From NCBI GenBank assembly GCA_944326585.1, contig CALVEN010000007.1, forward strand, positions 282-64,281: a stretch of DNA of 64,000 bases. The letters are read 5' to 3'. The stretch comes from Candidatus Gastranaerophilales bacterium. GTDB lineage: Bacteria; Cyanobacteriota; Vampirovibrionia; Gastranaerophilales; Gastranaerophilaceae. The notes under the pieces are model-generated. The model was given only the letters and a program-made list of their open reading frames with translations. It did not search any database and was not told where the DNA came from. Of the stretch, positions 44,722-54,293 are shown piece after piece (position 1 is the stretch's first letter; each line of letters opens with the position of its first letter). A program made the translations under genes and the position numbers.

Positions 44722-46044
44722 TTGGTTGAAAAATTTTATATAAAAGGCGGAACTCCGCTCAGAGGTGAGGTTTTGATAGGCGGCGCAAAAAATTCAGTCC
44801 TGAAATTAATGGCTGCGGCACTTCTGGCAAAAGGTGAATCAAAAATTTATAATGTGCCTGAATTGACTGATGTTGAAATTATGCTTCAAGTTATCAACAG
44901 TTTAGGTGTTAAAACTTCATATAATAAAGAAGAAAAATCTTTAACAATTGATGCGACAGAGATTACGAATATTACCGCGAAATATGAACTGGTAAGTAAA
45001 ATGAGGGCATCATTTAATGTTTTAGGCGCTCTTGTTTCCCGCTGCAAAGAAGCTATTGTTGCACTTCCCGGCGGATGTGCAATAGGAGAACGCAGAGTTG
45101 ATTTTCACATAAAAGGGCTTGAGGCGCTCGGTGCAAAATTAAAAATAGAAAACGGTTATGTTCATGCAAAAGCAAGCAAACTTATCGGAGCTGAAATTTG
45201 TCTGGACTTGCCGTCAGTCGGTGCGACGGAAAACTTGATGCTTGCGGGTGTTTTTGCGGAAGGCTCCACAAGAATTCAAAACGCGGCTCAGGAGCCGGAA
45301 ATCGTTGATTTGGCAAACTTTTTGAATGCAATGGGTGCGGATATTATAGGTGCCGGAACATCAGAAATTGTTATTAACGGCGTAAAACCTGAGGATATGC
45401 ACCCGATAGAATATACAACAATCCCTGACAGAATTGAGGCAGGAACTTATATGGCGGCTATTGTTGGCACTAAAGGCAAGGCCGTTATAAGAAATATTTA
45501 TCCTGCGCATTTGTCTTTTTTTACGGATAAATTATTGAAAATGGGTGCAAATATTAAGCTTGTTGACCCGACATCAATAGAAGTTTCAAATAAAAACAGA
45601 TTAAATTCAATAAATTTCGTAACCCAGCCTTATCCGGGTTTTCCGACTGATTTGCAGTCAATGGCAATGACGCTTTTGACAACTGCAAACGGTGTGGGAA
45701 TTATTACGGAAAGTTTGTATGAAAACAGATTTATGCAGGTGCCTGAATTAAGACGTATGGGAGCTGATATTCATCAGGACAGAAACCATGCCATTATAAA
45801 AGGTGTAAAAAAACTCACAGGGGCAACTCTTACGGCAAGTGACCTGAGAGCCGGTGCTGCACTTGTTGTTGCGGCATTAATGGCAGATGGCAATTCCGTT
45901 ATTGAAAAATTACATCATATAGATAGAGGATACGAAAATTTTGAAAATAAGATAAGATTGTTAGGAGGCAAAATAGAGAGAAAAGATGAGGTAATATCTC
46001 CTGTTGAGCTTACGGAGGAAATACGAAATGAGTCCTACATATAA
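44722..46044 (+). CDS. murA: UDP-N-acetylglucosamine 1-carboxyvinyltransferase
   Basis: Typical MurA blocks: IKGGTPLRGEVLIGGAKNS, LPGGCAIGERRVDFH, PYPGFPTDLQ. TTG start. Confidence 0.93.
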   Translation: MVEKFYIKGGTPLRGEVLIGGAKNSVLKLMAAALLAKGESKIYNVPELTDVEIMLQVINSLGVKTSYNKEEKSLTIDATEITNITAKYELVSKMRASFNVLGALVSRCKEAIVALPGGCAIGERRVDFHIKGLEALGAKLKIENGYVHAKASKLIGAEICLDLPSVGATENLMLAGVFAEGSTRIQNAAQEPEIVDLANFLNAMGADIIGAGTSEIVINGVKPEDMHPIEYTTIPDRIEAGTYMAAIVGTKGKAVIRNIYPAHLSFFTDKLLKMGANIKLVDPTSIEVSNKNRLNSINFVTQPYPGFPTDLQSMAMTLLTTANGVGIITESLYENRFMQVPELRRMGADIHQDRNHAIIKGVKKLTGATLTASDLRAGAALVVAALMADGNSVIEKLHHIDRGYENFENKIRLLGGKIERKDEVISPVELTEEIRNESYI

Positions 46045-46366
46045 ACGCTGGTATGATCATGACCCGTTACTTTTGGAAGTAATTGAGCTTTTGCGTAATT
46101 ATCAGAATGAATTGCATGCTCAGGCTGAAATTTTTCTGCAAAAAATTGAAGAAAAAGTTTCTAAAGAAACGGTTGACAAATTTTATGCCATGGTCAAACC
46201 CGTTAATGCCAATAACCGCTGGTATGATAAGGATCCTGTAATTTCCAAAACAGTCGAGATTTTGAGAATTGTTCCGCCGGAAGCTCAAAAGATTTGCGCT
46301 CAGAATTTTATCAAAACACTTAAAGAAATGGGTATTGATTATAAAAGCCCCAATGCTCAGCAATAA
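46028..46366 (+). CDS. Small protein with two 'RWYDxDP' repeats (paralog of 54294..54668)
   Basis: GGAGGA before ATG 46028. YKRWYDHDPLLLEVIELL and NNRWYDKDPVISKTVEIL. Confidence 0.6.
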   Translation: MSPTYKRWYDHDPLLLEVIELLRNYQNELHAQAEIFLQKIEEKVSKETVDKFYAMVKPVNANNRWYDKDPVISKTVEILRIVPPEAQKICAQNFIKTLKEMGIDYKSPNAQQ

Positions 46367-46368
46367 TA

Positions 46369-49300
46369 ATGTTAAATATTGATTGTTTATCCGGTGAAAA
46401 ATTTTTAGAATACAGAGATTATGTTAAAAAATCATGGTCTTTTGCGGTTACGGGGTTAACTTCGCTTTTAAGGCTTTTGTTAGTCAAAAATGCCCGTGAC
46501 TATTCTAAAAAGAAGATTTTACTTGTTACATCAACCGAGCAGAATGCATTAAAGTTTCAAAACGATTTTAAAAGAGGTTTTGATATTGATGCCGCGTTAA
46601 TTCCTTTTCAAAATATTTCAATGTATGAAGGAGTTTCGCCGAATTTGTATGAATATTTTGAGCAGATAAAAATTTTGCGGCAAAAACCTGATTTAGTTAT
46701 TTGTCCCGTTAAAACCTTGCTTGAAAAGTTTCCGGATGAAGAATTTTTTGAGAAAAATTCTTTAAAAATAAAAGTAGGCGATGAGGTTAATTTAAAAGAA
46801 TTAAGTCAAAAGCTTGTTAATCTCGGATACAAACGCGCCACTATGGTCAGTGATATAGCTGAATTCAGCATAAGGGGCGATATTGCGGATATTTTTTCAC
46901 TGGACGATAACCCTGTAAGAATTGAATTATGGGGAGATGAAGTTGTAGACATCAGGTATTTTAACAATGAAACTCAAAAATCAGTCGAAAAGGCAAAAGA
47001 GATTGAGATTTTACCTGTATATAAATTTGTGCTTGATGAAAACAGTCCGAAACTCAATGAAGAAGACGAAGGGTATTTTGAAGGGATTGAAGTTTATCAG
47101 AATTATTTTAATGACAACCTTGTCGGGGTTTTGGATTATTTAAAAGATTATATAATTGTTTTTGACGAAACGTCCGAAATTTACTCAAAATATGAATTTG
47201 TTGCGCAGAATTTGGAAAAACAGCTTGAAGAAAATTCGAAACTTGAGCTTTTAAAACCGTTAAAGGGCAAAAATCATTTTACTTTTGAAGAATTTTTGAG
47301 AAAAACGTCTTATTTTGTAAAAATCGGTCTTAATAATTTTATAGACGGCGAAATGGATGATATTATTGAATTTAATGCCATGCCGCTTCAAAATTTTGAG
47401 GCGAATTTAGATGCAATAGCCGATTTTATAAAAGAACATAGCCCTCTGGGAGAGGGAAGAATTTCAACGCAAGGAACTAGCGTTAGAAATTCGGGTGAGG
47501 GTGGATACAAAATAATTGTTGCAACGGATTACCCTGAACGTGTCAAGCAAATTTTGAGTGAGCGGGAAATATTTGACGTTGAATATACTGAAAGCCTTGC
47601 AAGCGCAGGATGTATTCTTGAGGATTGCAAAACAATTGTAATGACCGATAGAGAGCTGTTTAATAAACGTTCCAAAGAAATCACCGCGGCAAAACGTTCA
47701 TATTACAAGGAAAAACCGGAATTTATCGAAAATATAAATGATATTCAAGAAGGAGAATACGTTGTTCATACAATTCACGGGGTCGGGATTTACAGAGGGC
47801 TTACCCAGCAGGAGATTGACGGGCAGCTGAAAGATTACCTGACAATCGAATATGCTGCAAAAGACAGGCTTCACATCCCTGCAGAACAAATTAACATGCT
47901 TGTCAGATACCGCGGCTCCGGAAATATCAAGCCGAAACTTTCCAGAATGGGCGGTAAAGATTGGGAAAACACTAAAGCCAGGGTTAAAAAAGAAGTTGAA
48001 GCTGTTGCGTATGACCTTTTAAGGCTTTATGCAAGACGAAAAATGCAAAAAGGATTTCAGTTTTTGCCTGATACCACATGGCAGGTGGAAATGGAAGAAG
48101 CCTTTGAATTTGTTGAAACTCCCGATCAAATGCGTGCAATAAACGAAGTCAAGGCTGATATGGAAAGTGATGAGCCTATGGACAGACTAATTTGCGGGGA
48201 TGTGGGTTTTGGTAAAACTGAAGTTGCAATGAGGGCAATTTTTAAAGCCGTAACTTCCGGCAAGCAGGTGGCGGTTGTTGTTCCTACGACTATTCTTGCG
48301 CTTCAGCATTTTCAAACAATGTCTGAAAGGTTTAAGCCTTTTGGAGTTCATGTTGAATTGCTTTCAAGGTTCAGGAGTAAAAAGGAGCAGAAAGACACCG
48401 TAAAAAATCTTGCAACCGGCTCTTGTGACGTGGTAATCGGAACCCACAGGCTTTTGCAGGACGGAATTGTATTCAAAGATTTGGGGCTTCTGGTAATTGA
48501 TGAAGAACACAGATTTGGAGTAAGACATAAGGAAAAACTTAAACAACTGCGTGAAAATATTGATATTATAACGATGTCGGCAACGCCTATTCCCAGAACC
48601 CTTTATATGTCGTTATCTGGAATTAAAGATATGTCGGTTATTAATACTCCTCCAAAAAACAGGCTTCCTATAAAAACCTATGTCGGCGAGTGGAATGAAA
48701 ATATGGTTAAAAATGCCATTATCCATGAGCTTGACCGCGAAGGACAGGTTTTTTATCTTTATAATCGTGTTGAAACTATTGAAGAATTCAAATTTCATCT
48801 GCAAAAACTTGTCCCCAATGCCCGAATTGCCGTAGGACACGGACAGATGGACGAAAAACAGCTTGAAGAAGTGATAGTCGATTTTGCAAACCATGAATAT
48901 GATATTCTTCTTGCAACAACAATTATTGAAAACGGAATTGATATTCCTAATGCAAATACAATGATTATCCATGATGCCGACAGATTCGGACTTGCGCAGT
49001 TGTATCAATTAAGAGGCCGTGTCGGTCGTTCCCAAAGACAGGCTTATTGCTATTGTTTTTACAGAAAAAGTAAAGAGATTACAAAAGACGCAGTACACAG
49101 ATTAAAAGCCATAAAAGAGTTTACAACACTCGGAAGCGGTTATCAAATCGCATTAAGGGATGTCGAGATAAGAGGGGTCGGGAATATTCTCGGCACCAAG
49201 CAGCACGGCCATATGATAAATGTCGGTTTTGATACATATTGTCAGCTTCTTGAAGAAACTGTTCAGGAGCTGCAAGGTCATTATGTGGAAAAATCCGAAC

Positions 49301-49773
49301 CCACTATTGTTGATATAAATGTAACGGCATTTATTCCGGATGAATGGGTTGGGTCTGCCGATCAAAAAATGATAGAATACAAACGTCTGGCGGATGTAAA
49401 ATCTCAGCTTGAATTGGATTATATAACCGAGGAGTGGAAAGACAGATTTGCAAAACCTCCCGAAAGCGTTGAAAATTTAATAAAATTAATCAAAATCAGG
49501 CTTGCCGCAACCGATGTAAAGATTTCGCTTATACGTGAGACTTCTGAAAATATAAGGATTTATACTCCATTCACCCAGCCCGAGTGGAATATAATTCAAA
49601 AAGCGCTTCCCGGGAATATATTAAAACGTATTAAGTTCACGCTTGCGCCGAAATCTTGTGAGGAAGGCAATTCAATTGTTTTATTAAACAATTCATATAT
49701 GAATTTTGATGAAGTATTTAACATTTTAACGGATTTGTTTTATTATATTTATAAAGTCAGTCATGAATATTAA
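46369..49773 (+). CDS. mfd: Transcription-repair coupling factor Mfd
   Basis: CarD-like EGEYVVHTIHGVG. Helicase motifs GDVGFGKTEVAMRA, DEEHRFGV, MSATPIPRT. TRG motif region. Length 1134 aa. Confidence 0.95.
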   Translation: MLNIDCLSGEKFLEYRDYVKKSWSFAVTGLTSLLRLLLVKNARDYSKKKILLVTSTEQNALKFQNDFKRGFDIDAALIPFQNISMYEGVSPNLYEYFEQIKILRQKPDLVICPVKTLLEKFPDEEFFEKNSLKIKVGDEVNLKELSQKLVNLGYKRATMVSDIAEFSIRGDIADIFSLDDNPVRIELWGDEVVDIRYFNNETQKSVEKAKEIEILPVYKFVLDENSPKLNEEDEGYFEGIEVYQNYFNDNLVGVLDYLKDYIIVFDETSEIYSKYEFVAQNLEKQLEENSKLELLKPLKGKNHFTFEEFLRKTSYFVKIGLNNFIDGEMDDIIEFNAMPLQNFEANLDAIADFIKEHSPLGEGRISTQGTSVRNSGEGGYKIIVATDYPERVKQILSEREIFDVEYTESLASAGCILEDCKTIVMTDRELFNKRSKEITAAKRSYYKEKPEFIENINDIQEGEYVVHTIHGVGIYRGLTQQEIDGQLKDYLTIEYAAKDRLHIPAEQINMLVRYRGSGNIKPKLSRMGGKDWENTKARVKKEVEAVAYDLLRLYARRKMQKGFQFLPDTTWQVEMEEAFEFVETPDQMRAINEVKADMESDEPMDRLICGDVGFGKTEVAMRAIFKAVTSGKQVAVVVPTTILALQHFQTMSERFKPFGVHVELLSRFRSKKEQKDTVKNLATGSCDVVIGTHRLLQDGIVFKDLGLLVIDEEHRFGVRHKEKLKQLRENIDIITMSATPIPRTLYMSLSGIKDMSVINTPPKNRLPIKTYVGEWNENMVKNAIIHELDREGQVFYLYNRVETIEEFKFHLQKLVPNARIAVGHGQMDEKQLEEVIVDFANHEYDILLATTIIENGIDIPNANTMIIHDADRFGLAQLYQLRGRVGRSQRQAYCYCFYRKSKEITKDAVHRLKAIKEFTTLGSGYQIALRDVEIRGVGNILGTKQHGHMINVGFDTYCQLLEETVQELQGHYVEKSEPTIVDINVTAFIPDEWVGSADQKMIEYKRLADVKSQLELDYITEEWKDRFAKPPESVENLIKLIKIRLAATDVKISLIRETSENIRIYTPFTQPEWNIIQKALPGNILKRIKFTLAPKSCEEGNSIVLLNNSYMNFDEVFNILTDLFYYIYKVSHEY
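47441..47504 (-). mobile_element. GC-rich palindromic element lying in frame inside mfd
   Basis: GCCCTCTGGGAGAGGGAAGAATTTCAACGCAAGGAACTAGCGTTAGAAATTCGGGTGAGGGTGG. Its reverse complement shares CCCTCACCCGAATTTCTA...GAAATTCT.CCCTCTCCC with the intergenic copy at 63672..63726. Confidence 0.7.
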
Positions 49774-49789
49774 ATAAGGAGACATTTAT

Positions 49790-50917
49790 ATGAAGGGAAA
49801 AAAATTACTTGCAACACTTGCGGTATCGGCAGTATTGTTTGCAGGCTGCGGTCTTAAATCTCATGAGGCCGTTATTAAGGTAAATGATAAAGTCATTACT
49901 CAGGCACAATTTGACAAAGCTTTTGACAAACAGGCAGATAATTCCGTATTTGCAAGAATGGGTATAAAAATTAAAGAAAATCCAAACGGATTTATGTATT
50001 TGATGATTAAAGAAAGAGTCACCAATGAATTAATTATTAAGGCTTTATTGGACGAAGAAATCGCAAAACGTAAAATTAAAGTTACAAATGATGACGTAAA
50101 TCAAGCAGTTAAAGAAATTATTGATAAAGTAGGTTCTAAAGAACAGCTTAATTTGATATTAAAGCAAAACGGAATTACATCTTCTCAGTTTAGAAATGAT
50201 TTAAAAGAAGAAGTCAGGATGAAAAAACTTGCTTTGCAGCTGGGCGACAGCAGTGTTTCTGATGCGGAAGCAAAAAAATTCTATGACGAGAATGTCGCAA
50301 GATTCAAATATCCGGAAAAAGTCAGAGCATCGCATATTTTGGTTTCCGCAAATCCTGTTGAAATCGAAGAAATTATAACTTCTGACCCGAAAAATAAAGA
50401 TTTAAAAGCCGACGAAATTAAAATTAAAGTAAACGAAGAACTTAATGCAAGAAAAGCTAAGGCTGACAAATTATATAACGAGGCAAAGGCTGACATTGGT
50501 AATTTCGCCAAACTCGCAAAAGAAAATTCCGATGACACAACAACTGCCGTAAAAGGCGGTGATTTAGGATTTTTTGCTAAAGAAGAAATGGTTCCGGAAT
50601 TTTCAAAAGCCGCTTTTGCACAACGTCCTAATACAGTGTCACCTGTTGTTAAATCACAATACGGTTATCACATTATTCTTGTGACTGACAGAATGGAAGC
50701 CGGTCAGGAACCTTTTGAAAAAGCAAAAGTTGAAATCCAAAATTATTTGACTAATCAAAAACAACTTAAACTTCTTGATGATTTGACTGAATCTTTGAAG
50801 AAAAATGCAAAAATTGAATTTGTAAATTCAGAATATGATCCGAAAAATATTCAGGATAAGCTTCAAAAAGAAGTCAAACAGCAAGTAGAAAATGCAAAAC
50901 CGAAAGCTGAAAAATAG
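49790..50917 (+). CDS. Peptidyl-prolyl cis-trans isomerase, parvulin type (PrsA/SurA-like lipoprotein)
   Basis: Lipobox LFAGC. Parvulin domain ASHILV...GGDLGFF...SQYGYHIILV. Confidence 0.85.
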   Translation: MKGKKLLATLAVSAVLFAGCGLKSHEAVIKVNDKVITQAQFDKAFDKQADNSVFARMGIKIKENPNGFMYLMIKERVTNELIIKALLDEEIAKRKIKVTNDDVNQAVKEIIDKVGSKEQLNLILKQNGITSSQFRNDLKEEVRMKKLALQLGDSSVSDAEAKKFYDENVARFKYPEKVRASHILVSANPVEIEEIITSDPKNKDLKADEIKIKVNEELNARKAKADKLYNEAKADIGNFAKLAKENSDDTTTAVKGGDLGFFAKEEMVPEFSKAAFAQRPNTVSPVVKSQYGYHIILVTDRMEAGQEPFEKAKVEIQNYLTNQKQLKLLDDLTESLKKNAKIEFVNSEYDPKNIQDKLQKEVKQQVENAKPKAEK

Positions 50918-50922
50918 TTGAT

Positions 50923-50952
50923 AAAAAAGCACCCCGCAAGGGGTGCTTTTTT
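50923..50952 (+). terminator. Rho-independent terminator
   Basis: AAAAAAGCACCCCGCAAGGGGTGCTTTTTT. Confidence 0.88.
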
Positions 50953-50973
50953 CTTGCCAAAAATTCTAATTTT

Positions 50974-51055
50974 TGATATAATAAACCTAAAAAGAAGGAG
51001 AGCTAAAATGGAAGATATGACTAGTTTTAATAACGGGGGGGGGCGACTCTCCTAA
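50974..51055 (+). promoter_or_regulatory. Pilin-family expression cassette 4
   Basis: TGATATAAT 50974-50982; AAGGAGAG 50996-51001+; ATG 51008 and 51017; G9 51035-51043; TAA 51053-51055. Short frame encodes MEDMTSFNNGGGRLS*. Confidence 0.7.
51035..51043 (+). repeat. G9 homopolymer
   Basis: Nine G. Position equivalent to the other tracts. Confidence 0.95.
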
Positions 51056-51407
51056 GTAGGCAGGACAAGGGTTTTGACGGTATATTTTGGGAAAAGTTAC
51101 TAAGATACTATGATACTAAGGCAGTAAGAAGTAACAGAAAAGTAGGTCGGCATTACTATGCCGACAGAAAAGTTTACCGTCGGGTTAGTAAACCCGACCT
51201 ACAAGAGAATATGGCTCAGAATGACAAGAATATCATCCCTCGCCCCTTGGGGAGAGGGTGTCACGAAGTGACAGGAGAGGGGCTAAGTGACAAAAATGTG
51301 AGCAAAGCTCACAGAAAACGCTTAGTGCCTTACTGCCTTAGTAACTTAGTATCTTCACAAAAAGCCGCGTTTACCTTAGCAGAGGTTTTGATAACCCTCG
51401 GCATAAT
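51052..51407 (+). repeat. 356-bp leader cassette, apparently identical to 43517..43872
   Basis: See 43517..43872. Confidence 0.8.
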
Positions 51408-52137
51408 TGGGATAGTAGCAGCAATGACAATCCCGACGATATCGCGTAATATTCAGCATGCCGTACTAAAAAATCAATTCAAGAAATTCTACAGCACTTT
51501 CTGGCAGGCGGTAATCGGTATACAGACAAAAGGAGGCAGACCTGTACAGTGTTATTACTGGGATGGCGCAAATCCATATACGGGCAAATGCACCCCGACA
51601 TGTGATGAAGATGAAAAAAATCAATACGGTAACTGTACTGTATATAGGTGTGCGGAAACAGGAGAACCCATTCCGACGGATATAAACGGAAAGTCTTCGG
51701 AGTGCAGTGATTTTTATGAGGAATTGTTTTTAAAAACATTAAAGACAACAAAAATATGTAAAGATAAGGCATATGAACAGGGGTGCCTGCCGGAAGACTT
51801 CAGAGGTGTGGATGTTGTAAAATCAGAACAAAATCCGGATAAAGAATATGACCCTGCAGGAATTTTTGCTGATTCCCCTGTGAAAAATAATTATCCTGTC
51901 TTTGTGTTAGCTGACGGAACATATATTGTAGGTTATGCTCGTTATTTAGCGGGTTTGCCTATTTTTGTCGTGGACATAAACGGGACTAAAGGTCCAAACA
52001 AATGGGGTTATGATATATTTTCTTTTAGCTTGAGGGGTAATGCGCAAACCGGAATAAATAAATTGAATAGTGCAACTTATGCAACGGAAAAAGGCGGGAA
52101 AACTTTTCAGCAGATGCTGGACGAATGTTTTAAATAG
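51211..52137 (+). CDS. Prepilin-type protein, paralog 51
   Basis: QKAAFTLAEVLITLGIIGIVAAMTIPT, then a mature domain unrelated to paralog 43 but homologous to the partial gene at 1..546. The frame is open upstream to the G9 tract. Confidence 0.85.
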   Translation: MAQNDKNIIPRPLGRGCHEVTGEGLSDKNVSKAHRKRLVPYCLSNLVSSQKAAFTLAEVLITLGIIGIVAAMTIPTISRNIQHAVLKNQFKKFYSTFWQAVIGIQTKGGRPVQCYYWDGANPYTGKCTPTCDEDEKNQYGNCTVYRCAETGEPIPTDINGKSSECSDFYEELFLKTLKTTKICKDKAYEQGCLPEDFRGVDVVKSEQNPDKEYDPAGIFADSPVKNNYPVFVLADGTYIVGYARYLAGLPIFVVDINGTKGPNKWGYDIFSFSLRGNAQTGINKLNSATYATEKGGKTFQQMLDECFK

Positions 52138-52648
52138 TTGATAAAAACGTTACAAATTTATCGCTGTATTTTTTTTGTTTGATGAGTTTATAACCGCAAA
52201 AATCAACATCGTCAACGTGTTCCAGAATTATTATATTAGAGGCAATATTTTTTATTGCCTCTAAACTTTTTTCGTAAATCCCTGAAAAGTACGGCGGGTC
52301 AATATAGATTACGTCAAATTCGCGGTCAAATTTAGAGCAGATTTTTAAGCTGTCACCAACAAATAATTCAGGTGCATTATCAAATTTTTTAAAATTATTT
52401 TTAATGACGGCAGCGGCTTTCGGGTTCTTTTCGATTGCAACGACGGATTCAAATCCTCTGGAGATTGCTTCCAGCCCCATAATACCGGATCCCGCATACA
52501 TATCAAGAAAACTTTTGTCTTCAAAATCTATCATTGACTGCAGAGTATTAAAAACACTCATTCTCACCTTGGACAGCGTCGGACGGGTAATATTTTCATC
52601 CGGTGCGGTAATTTTTCGCCCCTTATATTTTCCTGCAGTTATAATCAT
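52130..52648 (-). CDS. rsmD: 16S rRNA (guanine966-N2)-methyltransferase
   Basis: Motifs RPTLSKVRMSVFN, DMYAGSGIMGLEAISRG, IYIDPPY. ATG 52648 chosen; the track extension to 52771 is not homologous. Confidence 0.8.
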   Translation of the reverse strand: MIITAGKYKGRKITAPDENITRPTLSKVRMSVFNTLQSMIDFEDKSFLDMYAGSGIMGLEAISRGFESVVAIEKNPKAAAVIKNNFKKFDNAPELFVGDSLKICSKFDREFDVIYIDPPYFSGIYEKSLEAIKNIASNIIILEHVDDVDFCGYKLIKQKKYSDKFVTFLSTI

Positions 52649-52704
52649 ATTAACTATTTTACAACGAATAAAATTTAGTGTATAATTAATATCACGGAGA
52701 GGAA

Positions 52705-54012
52705 ATGACGGAAAATAAAAAAACAGATGTAATAGTCGTTGGTGCAGGTCCGGCCGGTATTTCGTGCGCAATTACAATTGCAAGAGCAGGCAAAAAAGTT
52801 GTTTTGATTGAGCGCGGAAGTTTTGCGGGCAGTAAAAATGTCTTTGGCGGCGCGATTTATACACAGCCGACAAAAGAAATTTTTCCGGATTTTGAAACGT
52901 CTGCACCGCTTGAAAGGCGTAATGTTGAACATAAATTCGCTATTTTAGGTGAAGATGACAGCACTGTTGTTTCTTATAAAAATAAAACAGAAACTGCCGG
53001 AAGTTATACGGTAATTCGCGCAAAATTTGACCGTTGGATGGCGGAAGAAGCCAAAAAGGCGGGGGTTTATCTTGTTGAAAAGACCGTTGTAAAAGAGCTT
53101 TTGACTGAAAACGGCAAGGTCACCGGTGTCAGTACAGAGCTTGAAGATTATTACGCGGATATTGTTGTTCTTGCGGACGGTGTCAATTCACTTCTTGCAA
53201 AACAGATCGGTTTGCGTGAAGATATTCAGCCAAAAGATGTTGCGCTAAGTGTGAAAGAGGTTATTAAGCTTGATAAAAACATAATTAACGACAGGTTTAA
53301 TATATCGGATGACGAGGGGTGTATTTATGAAATTTTCGGCGGTCCGATGCTCGGGATGTTAGGGCTGGGCTTTATGTATACAAACCGGAATTCAATAACT
53401 ATCGGTCTGGGGATTACGTTAAGCGAGCTTGTTGAGCGCGGAATACGTCCGTATGACATGTTGGAAGAATTAAAAAAACATCCGACTATTGCACCTTTGA
53501 TAAAAGGGGGAGAACTTGAGGAATACTCAGCGCATTTGATTCCGGAAGGCGGGTATAATAAGGTTCCGAAACTTTTTGCGGATGGTGTTATGATTGCGGG
53601 TGACGCGGCGATGCTTGTTAATAATCTTCACTGGGAAGGTACAAACCTTGCTATGATTAGCGGTAAGCTTGCTGCTGAAACTGCTCTTGAAGCTTTAAAT
53701 AAAAATGATTTTTCCGCCAAAACCTTGCGGCTTTATGAAGAAAAACTTAAAAATTCCTTTGTTATGAAGGATTTGAAGACATATAAAGATTTGATGGATA
53801 TTGCACATAAAAAAAGCGATGCGTTTTTGGATTACTATCTGAGAACGGTTAACGGGTTTTTCAAAATGTTTACATCCGTTGACAGTGTTCCGAAACGTCA
53901 AAAATATTATAATTTTGTAGGAACTTTCTTTAAAGAACGGAAGTTTATGAATATAATAAGTGATATCCTGCATGGAATTAGGCTTTTGTGGAGCATCTTA
54001 AAATGGTACTAG
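52705..54012 (+). CDS. fixC: FAD-dependent oxidoreductase, FixC/ETF-quinone oxidoreductase family
   Basis: VVGAGPAG dinucleotide fold, ~435 aa, followed by a FixX-like ferredoxin. Confidence 0.75.
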   Translation: MTENKKTDVIVVGAGPAGISCAITIARAGKKVVLIERGSFAGSKNVFGGAIYTQPTKEIFPDFETSAPLERRNVEHKFAILGEDDSTVVSYKNKTETAGSYTVIRAKFDRWMAEEAKKAGVYLVEKTVVKELLTENGKVTGVSTELEDYYADIVVLADGVNSLLAKQIGLREDIQPKDVALSVKEVIKLDKNIINDRFNISDDEGCIYEIFGGPMLGMLGLGFMYTNRNSITIGLGITLSELVERGIRPYDMLEELKKHPTIAPLIKGGELEEYSAHLIPEGGYNKVPKLFADGVMIAGDAAMLVNNLHWEGTNLAMISGKLAAETALEALNKNDFSAKTLRLYEEKLKNSFVMKDLKTYKDLMDIAHKKSDAFLDYYLRTVNGFFKMFTSVDSVPKRQKYYNFVGTFFKERKFMNIISDILHGIRLLWSILKWY

Positions 54013-54278
54013 AAGATAAATTGTTTACAGTTAAATATACGCCTGATACGGTTTCTCATTTGACACCGGATAATGAAATGTGTAAAATTTGTACGAACAG
54101 GATTTGTACAAAGATTTGTCCTGCTAATGTTTATGAGTGGGATGAAACACACCAAAAACTTATCGTAAATTTTGAAAACTGTCTGGAATGCGGCGCATGC
54201 AGAATTGCCTGTGCAAAACAGAGTTTAAAGTGGGAATACCCCAAGGGCACAAAAGGAGTTACTTTTAAATTAGGATAA
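53988..54278 (+). CDS. fixX: Ferredoxin-like protein FixX
   Basis: 96 aa. Cys pattern C..C....C...CP ... C..C..C...C. Overlaps the fixC 3' end. Confidence 0.75.
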   Translation: MEHLKMVLEDKLFTVKYTPDTVSHLTPDNEMCKICTNRICTKICPANVYEWDETHQKLIVNFENCLECGACRIACAKQSLKWEYPKGTKGVTFKLG

Positions 54279-54293
54279 AAAGGAGACGGAAAG

